Notes under the pieces: generated by a model
Databases searched by the model: none
Told to the model about the DNA's origin: nothing
Seen by the model: only the letters and a program-made list of their open reading frames with translations
Origin: an uncultured virus (IMG/VR IMGVR_UViG_3300025867_000015)
Taxonomy: Duplodnaviria; Heunggongvirae; Uroviricota; Caudoviricetes
DNA length: 20,000 bases
Reading direction: 5' to 3' (one strand)
IMG/VR virus record: IMGVR_UViG_3300025867_000015
Location: 56,548 to 76,547 of that record
Shown: piece by piece, positions 7,065 to 12,860 of the stretch
Layout: each line of letters begins with the position of its first letter
How positions within the stretch are numbered: the stretch's first letter is position 1
Translations under genes and position numbers: made by a program

Positions 7065-9107
7065 TTATATATTGTTTTCATCTCCATTAGGATAGCACCA
7101 TGCTCCTGTAGATAAATGGCCCCAAATAGAATTGCTATCTACAAAAGATATAGAATCACCATTACGGTAATGTTTCACTTTTAAATTAGTAGTTGCCCAC
7201 CTTTGCTCACCTATAACTATAATATCATACACATTACCATCATAATCCGTTATCTGACTAGGAGGCGGATTACTTTGTGAGAATAATGACATATCTATCA
7301 AAAATCTAACAGACATACCTACCTTATTATATTCATACGATCTTACTAATGATACTAATGAATCTGATAACTTTCTATACCAAGATCTATCATAAGAATA
7401 CTGTGTATCGGTCCACCACAATCCTTCTGATTGGAATTGATGATATACCCCATCAGATGATCTATACCCTGCTGGTCTAGCGCTAAATCCACTACTATTA
7501 GTTCCTGGATTAGTAGGCCAGTCATATGTGGTCTTTAATTTAGGACCAGCAGCAGTTATACCACCTAAATATGTTGACAATTCTGTCCAATCATCATCAG
7601 TAGCCACCCTTGTCATTAATGGAGCTATATTTCTAGAATCTTGAATAGCATAATTATTATATATTAACCCATATCCACCATCTGTAATAGGGGTGGGTTC
7701 ATTTACAACATCTACTTCCCAATCTAATGTCCCACCTTCTGAGATAACACAAGTATCAGGAGTAATACTCACTAAAACATAATTTTCCATAGGACTTTCT
7801 GTTATCACATAGGTATCTTCTGGTAAATCATTAAAGACTATAGGGTGCTCATCCATTGTACCTGACTTAGTCACTATCAATGGAGTTGGGCCACTACCAG
7901 TAACAGTATATTCAAATACATCATGTTGTGAAACAGGTACTTCCCCAACAGATTTATTTATAACTATAGACCCAAGAGTTGGAACTGATTCTTTTTTGAT
8001 ATTAGTAACGACAACACTTACAGATAAAGTATCTTCATCTAAAGTAAAACTACTTGGAACTATACTATCTAAATCATACCATTCTTCTGTATCTTCTGTA
8101 ACAACATAATTACCAAGTGACATATTTGTTAATAATAATGGAGTACCTTGTACTATACTATAAGATACACCATTTACTTTCACTCTAAATATATGTTTGT
8201 CTGTAAGAGCATTACTTACAACCTTATTAATTTGTATAGTCCCTGTAACAACAACTTCTTCTTCATAAACAGCTATAACATCGTGATCTTGATCCATCGT
8301 CACCAATATTCCAACTTCTCCTTCAGTTTGGTCTACACTGTCTAATCTCCATAATTTAAAAACTGTACCTGTATTTGATACTGATGGTGCTGTTATTAAT
8401 ACACTCTCACCATCTATATATGTTCTAGTAAAACTAGTTATACCATGTGATTGACCATTTTTATCAATCTTATTAACTGATATAGAAACACCACTATTAG
8501 GAGCTAATGAACTCACATTTACATCAAAATATACAGTAACCGGAGGGGTCGAAGGTCCAGATACATATAAAATATTATATTCTGTATCTATATCTTCACT
8601 TAAAATATCAGTACCTAACAAAACATTATCTATATAAAGGCTAACATCATAATGATCTCTGATTATCTTTATTTTATATAACTTATATAACTCAAAAGTA
8701 GTTAAAAACTCTAATCCATGAAATGTTATTGTCCCATCTGGTCTAATAAGTAACTTACTATCAAACATATCTATATCACCAAAAATAGGCTCATTAAATG
8801 AAATCTCAAATTCTATAGTATAAACTCTACCTAAATTATCATATCTGCTATCTCCTTCAACAGTCAATAACTTGCCACAATAGGCATATCCAAATGTGAA
8901 CTTATCATCTTTGATACCTATTGGTGCAGCAGCTGATCCATCTACTACATTAAACTTCTCTCTTACTATTTTGTCTCTCTTAATATAACCAGCTAATTCC
9001 CCAAATTGTCTAATCTTTTCAAACAAATTATTAGCAATTTCAGCGATCTTTGGGTCGTTGTAATTAAATAGACCGGAAAATTCAGTATCGTTATACTTTT
9101 TTATCAT
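7065..9107 (-). CDS. mosaic tail/baseplate adhesin: wedge-like N-terminus, LamG-like domain, B-repeat-like domain, 2x CnaB/SpaA Ig-like domains, circularly permuted Fib_succ_major domain
   Basis: 680 aa, ATGA overlap with baseplate J. Motifs: IKIIRDHYDVSLYIDN (LamG-like); GESVLITAP...FKLW...VTMDQDHDVIAVY (InlB-B-repeat-like); two GxIxINK...YVxTE...VxN repeats; YGLIYN...GFSARPAGYR...GLWWT...GMSVRF then TDYDGNVY...IGEQRWATTNL. Confidence 0.85.
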   Translation of the reverse strand: MIKKYNDTEFSGLFNYNDPKIAEIANNLFEKIRQFGELAGYIKRDKIVREKFNVVDGSAAAPIGIKDDKFTFGYAYCGKLLTVEGDSRYDNLGRVYTIEFEISFNEPIFGDIDMFDSKLLIRPDGTITFHGLEFLTTFELYKLYKIKIIRDHYDVSLYIDNVLLGTDILSEDIDTEYNILYVSGPSTPPVTVYFDVNVSSLAPNSGVSISVNKIDKNGQSHGITSFTRTYIDGESVLITAPSVSNTGTVFKLWRLDSVDQTEGEVGILVTMDQDHDVIAVYEEEVVVTGTIQINKVVSNALTDKHIFRVKVNGVSYSIVQGTPLLLTNMSLGNYVVTEDTEEWYDLDSIVPSSFTLDEDTLSVSVVVTNIKKESVPTLGSIVINKSVGEVPVSQHDVFEYTVTGSGPTPLIVTKSGTMDEHPIVFNDLPEDTYVITESPMENYVLVSITPDTCVISEGGTLDWEVDVVNEPTPITDGGYGLIYNNYAIQDSRNIAPLMTRVATDDDWTELSTYLGGITAAGPKLKTTYDWPTNPGTNSSGFSARPAGYRSSDGVYHQFQSEGLWWTDTQYSYDRSWYRKLSDSLVSLVRSYEYNKVGMSVRFLIDMSLFSQSNPPPSQITDYDGNVYDIIVIGEQRWATTNLKVKHYRNGDSISFVDSNSIWGHLSTGAWCYPNGDENNI
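7701..8246 (-). repeat. tandem duplication (protein level) of two ~82-92 aa CnaB/SpaA-like Ig domains inside the 680-aa gene
   Basis: TGTIQINK..F...NMSLGNYVVTE...YDLDSIVP...VVVTN (8246-8001) versus LGSIVINK..F...DLPEDTYVITE...YVLVSITP...VDVVN (7976-7701). Confidence 0.8.
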
Positions 9108-10279
9108 ATACTATAATAAATTGGTAATATTGAATTATTATTATCATACAATATATTACCATACATATCTCTCATTATGAATTTAATAATTCTAGGGAGT
9201 TTATACTTATAAATATAAGTATCATTATTAGGCAAGAAAAATTCATCTGGTACATATTTAACACCTCTTACATTCTTAACTATTTGTAATAAATCATCCC
9301 ATTCTATTACACTCTTAGTAAAATATCTAAAATCAAAATACTTAGTCATTTGTATTTGAATACTCCTTCTTATATCTACATCTGAATACCCTGACATTAT
9401 ATCAACTCTAAAATCTATACCATTAGAACCGCCAACTTCATGCCATTCTATATTCTGTAATTTTATACCTAAAACACCAGCTTGGTCATCTACATCATTT
9501 ATATTCATAAACGATGACAATTTTTCTTCAAATGAAGAAAGTTCATCATCTGAGTACCATTTACCGTTACAAGTAACTATTGAAATCAATATCTTACCAT
9601 CTTCAGTATACCCACTCTTTCTTATACTCAAAATATCACTATCTATAGAATTCAAATTCACTAACAAATTAGAAAAAGAACCTTTAGCAGCAAACTCTCT
9701 GAACATTGATATTCTAGTTTTAAAATCTTCATCACTCTCAATATCTCTGCCCCCACTTGCTTCATATTCATTAGTACAATATAAATGACCAAGAGGTGGA
9801 TTCTGGATCTGATTTATACTGAAAGCACTAACATTAGTATTTCTACCAACTGATGTACTTCTAACTGGTATATATGCATATCCATTATCACCAACAATAG
9901 TAACATCTGTTATACTAAAAGTTACACCCTGATTACTTACAAATAATGACTCACCAGGAACATAAGTAGTAGCTGGATCAGCATAAACAAGTACATAAGT
10001 AGAAGATACATTGGCAGATAATCTATCTCCACATCCTACTAATTTAGCTGCATTATCTAAATAACTCCCTGAACTTAATTCAGGAAATATTTGTGATTCA
10101 ATAATAGCAGTATCTTTTATATCTTTTTGAAATATCTTAGCTATACCAAAAGCATGGGCATTCAAAACTGACAAATCAGATATCTTAGACACCTTAGTCG
10201 TATGATTAAGAAATGTCTCAACATACAATGCTTTTAAATCAGCAATAGTCAATACTTCTGTTAATAATTTATCTAACAT
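9104..10279 (-). CDS. baseplate J-like (T4 gp6-like) wedge protein
   Basis: 391 aa. GSYLDNAA..VG..R, VRSTSVGRNTNV and ASGGRDIESDEDFKTRI are characteristic Baseplate_J motifs. Confidence 0.93.
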   Translation of the reverse strand: MLDKLLTEVLTIADLKALYVETFLNHTTKVSKISDLSVLNAHAFGIAKIFQKDIKDTAIIESQIFPELSSGSYLDNAAKLVGCGDRLSANVSSTYVLVYADPATTYVPGESLFVSNQGVTFSITDVTIVGDNGYAYIPVRSTSVGRNTNVSAFSINQIQNPPLGHLYCTNEYEASGGRDIESDEDFKTRISMFREFAAKGSFSNLLVNLNSIDSDILSIRKSGYTEDGKILISIVTCNGKWYSDDELSSFEEKLSSFMNINDVDDQAGVLGIKLQNIEWHEVGGSNGIDFRVDIMSGYSDVDIRRSIQIQMTKYFDFRYFTKSVIEWDDLLQIVKNVRGVKYVPDEFFLPNNDTYIYKYKLPRIIKFIMRDMYGNILYDNNNSILPIYYSI

Positions 10280-11181
10280 TACAATGTTTTATTTATTTCT
10301 TGATGTAAACGAGATTCAATCTTAAAATCATAAAAAACAACATCTTCTACAACTCTACTATCAACCATTTGAACATTCTTAAAAGAATCATCTGTTTTAA
10401 AATTATTTATCACCTCTCTATTTAAAGAAGAAAACATTATATTATTCAACGAAGATCCAACAAAATGTTTTGAAATCCCTAAAATAGGGAATTCTGGGAC
10501 ACTACCCCTAACCACTCTTAAACAAATATCTGCCGATTGTTCCATAGTATCTTCAACCCCAAGAGTTAATACATCATCATCAATAAATTGTATAAAATCT
10601 ATCATATCTTTACCTAAAATATTATTCCCAACCATAACATCTACAACTGTAGTAATATTCATAACTTTATTATCTATTCTATTTATATTTAATAAATTTC
10701 CACCATCATGATCATAATCTACTTCAAGTAAATTATTACTAACTGTCAATTCCACCCAATCAAAATTAGGGTCACTACTCCCTAATTGTAATGATAAATT
10801 CTCAATAGTCTGTCTCTGTTTTAAAATATATTCAAATTTAGAATTATTCTCATATCCATACACATAAGAACTTCTCAACCATTTGCATAAATTTAAACAA
10901 GTCTCTAATTTAACCTTCATATCAGACAAATTATCTACTAAATCCCAAAACTCAGTATTATTACTTAAATTAGTATTAACATGGGAAATCATTTTCTCTA
11001 TAATTAAACTTTCATTATATAATCTGTTTAGTTCACTAAATGAATATTTATCTACATTAGAATTGCCACTATAATATGCAGAAATCTGCGGTAAATAGTC
11101 AGTAATAAAAGTTTCAAAATCTGAAAAATAAACTTTCAGATCATAATTAGTAACAGACCAAAACTTATCTAAAATATTCAT
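10279..11181 (-). CDS. baseplate wedge protein: helical N-terminus + LysM-like (gp53/gpX) + gp25/gpW-like sheath initiator
   Basis: 300 aa. YILKQRQTIENLS...WVELTVSNNL...GNLLNI is LysM-like. LGKDM...DDVLTL...RGSVPEFPILGI is gp25-like. Directly precedes baseplate J. Confidence 0.75.
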   Translation of the reverse strand: MNILDKFWSVTNYDLKVYFSDFETFITDYLPQISAYYSGNSNVDKYSFSELNRLYNESLIIEKMISHVNTNLSNNTEFWDLVDNLSDMKVKLETCLNLCKWLRSSYVYGYENNSKFEYILKQRQTIENLSLQLGSSDPNFDWVELTVSNNLLEVDYDHDGGNLLNINRIDNKVMNITTVVDVMVGNNILGKDMIDFIQFIDDDVLTLGVEDTMEQSADICLRVVRGSVPEFPILGISKHFVGSSLNNIMFSSLNREVINNFKTDDSFKNVQMVDSRVVEDVVFYDFKIESRLHQEINKTL

Positions 11182-11987
11182 CTCTTTAAAATATCCATTT
11201 GATTATAACTCATCGTCATAGATTGAAGAGTTGATATATTACCCAATATTTTATCAGCCGTAAAAGAATATTGCATATGTTTATCAGACTGATTTATACA
11301 CTCCACATCTTCAAGATCAGCAATTACTATCAAATTCAAAGTATATTGCCATATCATATTAGAAGTTTGTTCAGACTGTGAAAATGATAATGGATTTTTA
11401 GCCGGAACAACCAAATAATTCTCCCCTAAAGCAGGATTATAGAAATATAATTTATAAGTCTTACCTGTATCTCCATGTGACTTCGCCTTATGAATGATGG
11501 ACTTCAGTATATTTATACAACTAAAGCCAGTCTTTATACCATATGGCAATTTAAGTTTTTTAAATAGATTACTATCATTATTCACATCTTCTGATTTATA
11601 ATACCCATTCTCAATAGAAGGACTAATTCTAATCCCTCTAAACAACTGTGCATAATCTTCTTCTATACCCTTAGTTGGTTGTATTATCTTAAATGATCTA
11701 CCAAAATCTCCCTGTATCGTTAATTCATCTGGAATATACCCCTTTTTGTTAAAAACAGTTATCCCATTGAATGAATGTTGAATAGTTGTAGCCTCACTCT
11801 CATTTTTAGTAATACTTTTAGGCATTACAGGAAATGCAAAATAATCAACAGGAAACAAATTATCATCAACCAACTCTAAAGCGCACATATATACCTCAAA
11901 ATCTCTTGGATATAAAGATGACATTTTTTCTCTTCCCAACTTATTAAGTTGTTCAGAAGCCATTTCTATAAAATTGTCTAAAATCAC
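11178..11987 (-). CDS. putative tail tube initiator / baseplate hub protein
   Basis: 269 aa, GTG start (a downstream ATG is possible). FAFPVMPKSITKNE...T.IQHS..G...LTIQGDFG...LYFYN...WQYTLNL fits tube-fold initiator proteins. Lies between the spike and wedge genes. Confidence 0.65.
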   Translation of the reverse strand: MILDNFIEMASEQLNKLGREKMSSLYPRDFEVYMCALELVDDNLFPVDYFAFPVMPKSITKNESEATTIQHSFNGITVFNKKGYIPDELTIQGDFGRSFKIIQPTKGIEEDYAQLFRGIRISPSIENGYYKSEDVNNDSNLFKKLKLPYGIKTGFSCINILKSIIHKAKSHGDTGKTYKLYFYNPALGENYLVVPAKNPLSFSQSEQTSNMIWQYTLNLIVIADLEDVECINQSDKHMQYSFTADKILGNISTLQSMTMSYNQMDILKR

Positions 11988-12011
11988 GGTATAAAATTAT
12001 AAAAAATTTTG

Positions 12012-12860
12012 CTATTCTAAAAATGATTTTTCGCTTTTAATTTTATCAAAATTACCTAATGTCTTACCAAGTAATGCTAATTTAATAGCGACCTTCAAAG
12101 AGGCACCTCCATCACCAGGTATAGGAGACCAAGTATTTATTGTATCTAAAATAGTCTGAACAACTTCATTACTCTTATCTAAATTAGTCTTCAATTCATC
12201 ACCTCTAACCATAGATTCATTAGCTTCATGAACAGATAATTTATCTGATTTAATACTAATTTCTCTATCTGAATCTATAACTATATTCTTATCAGATTTT
12301 ATATTTAGACTACCATCTATAGAGGTAATATTAATATTACCTACACTGTTTAAATTAATATTCCCTTTAACATTCACATTCATTGATGATGTGTAATCAT
12401 CACTTCTAACATCTAAATCAAAACTGCTATTTTTACCTATTATATCTATATTTATCTTACCATTACCATCAACTGATAATATAGACATCCCTGTACCATT
12501 ACCTCTCTTAAATACAAGTATATTTTCATTATTAATCTCAGTTTCATCATGTTTAGAAATTACTCCAGTAATAATACATAAACTAGCATCTGGTTCTACA
12601 AAAAATGTTACTGCACTACCTAACTTCTCTCCCTTTAGAGGGAACTTTATATCTTGAATAGCGGATTTAGTAGCCCGACAATTATGGATTACCCCGCCAA
12701 ATGATTCAACTAAAATAGAAAATCTCTCTAATCTCAAACATCTATTCACATAACTATCACGATCTATATCTTCAGGTATAATTATATACCCAAAGTTTAT
12801 AGATCTCCTAAAACTTTGATCAAAATCCTTATAAACACCAGCACCACTCTCTATTCCCAT
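12012..12860 (-). CDS. baseplate central spike (gpV/gp5/gp138-like)
   Basis: 282 aa. N-terminal OB-fold-like part (FP..GEKLGSAV...CIITGVI), then repeated short beta strands (INVNVKGNINLNSVGNINITS-type), then VRGDELK...PGDGGASLK tip motif. Follows the hub gene. Confidence 0.75.
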   Translation of the reverse strand: MGIESGAGVYKDFDQSFRRSINFGYIIIPEDIDRDSYVNRCLRLERFSILVESFGGVIHNCRATKSAIQDIKFPLKGEKLGSAVTFFVEPDASLCIITGVISKHDETEINNENILVFKRGNGTGMSILSVDGNGKINIDIIGKNSSFDLDVRSDDYTSSMNVNVKGNINLNSVGNINITSIDGSLNIKSDKNIVIDSDREISIKSDKLSVHEANESMVRGDELKTNLDKSNEVVQTILDTINTWSPIPGDGGASLKVAIKLALLGKTLGNFDKIKSEKSFLE

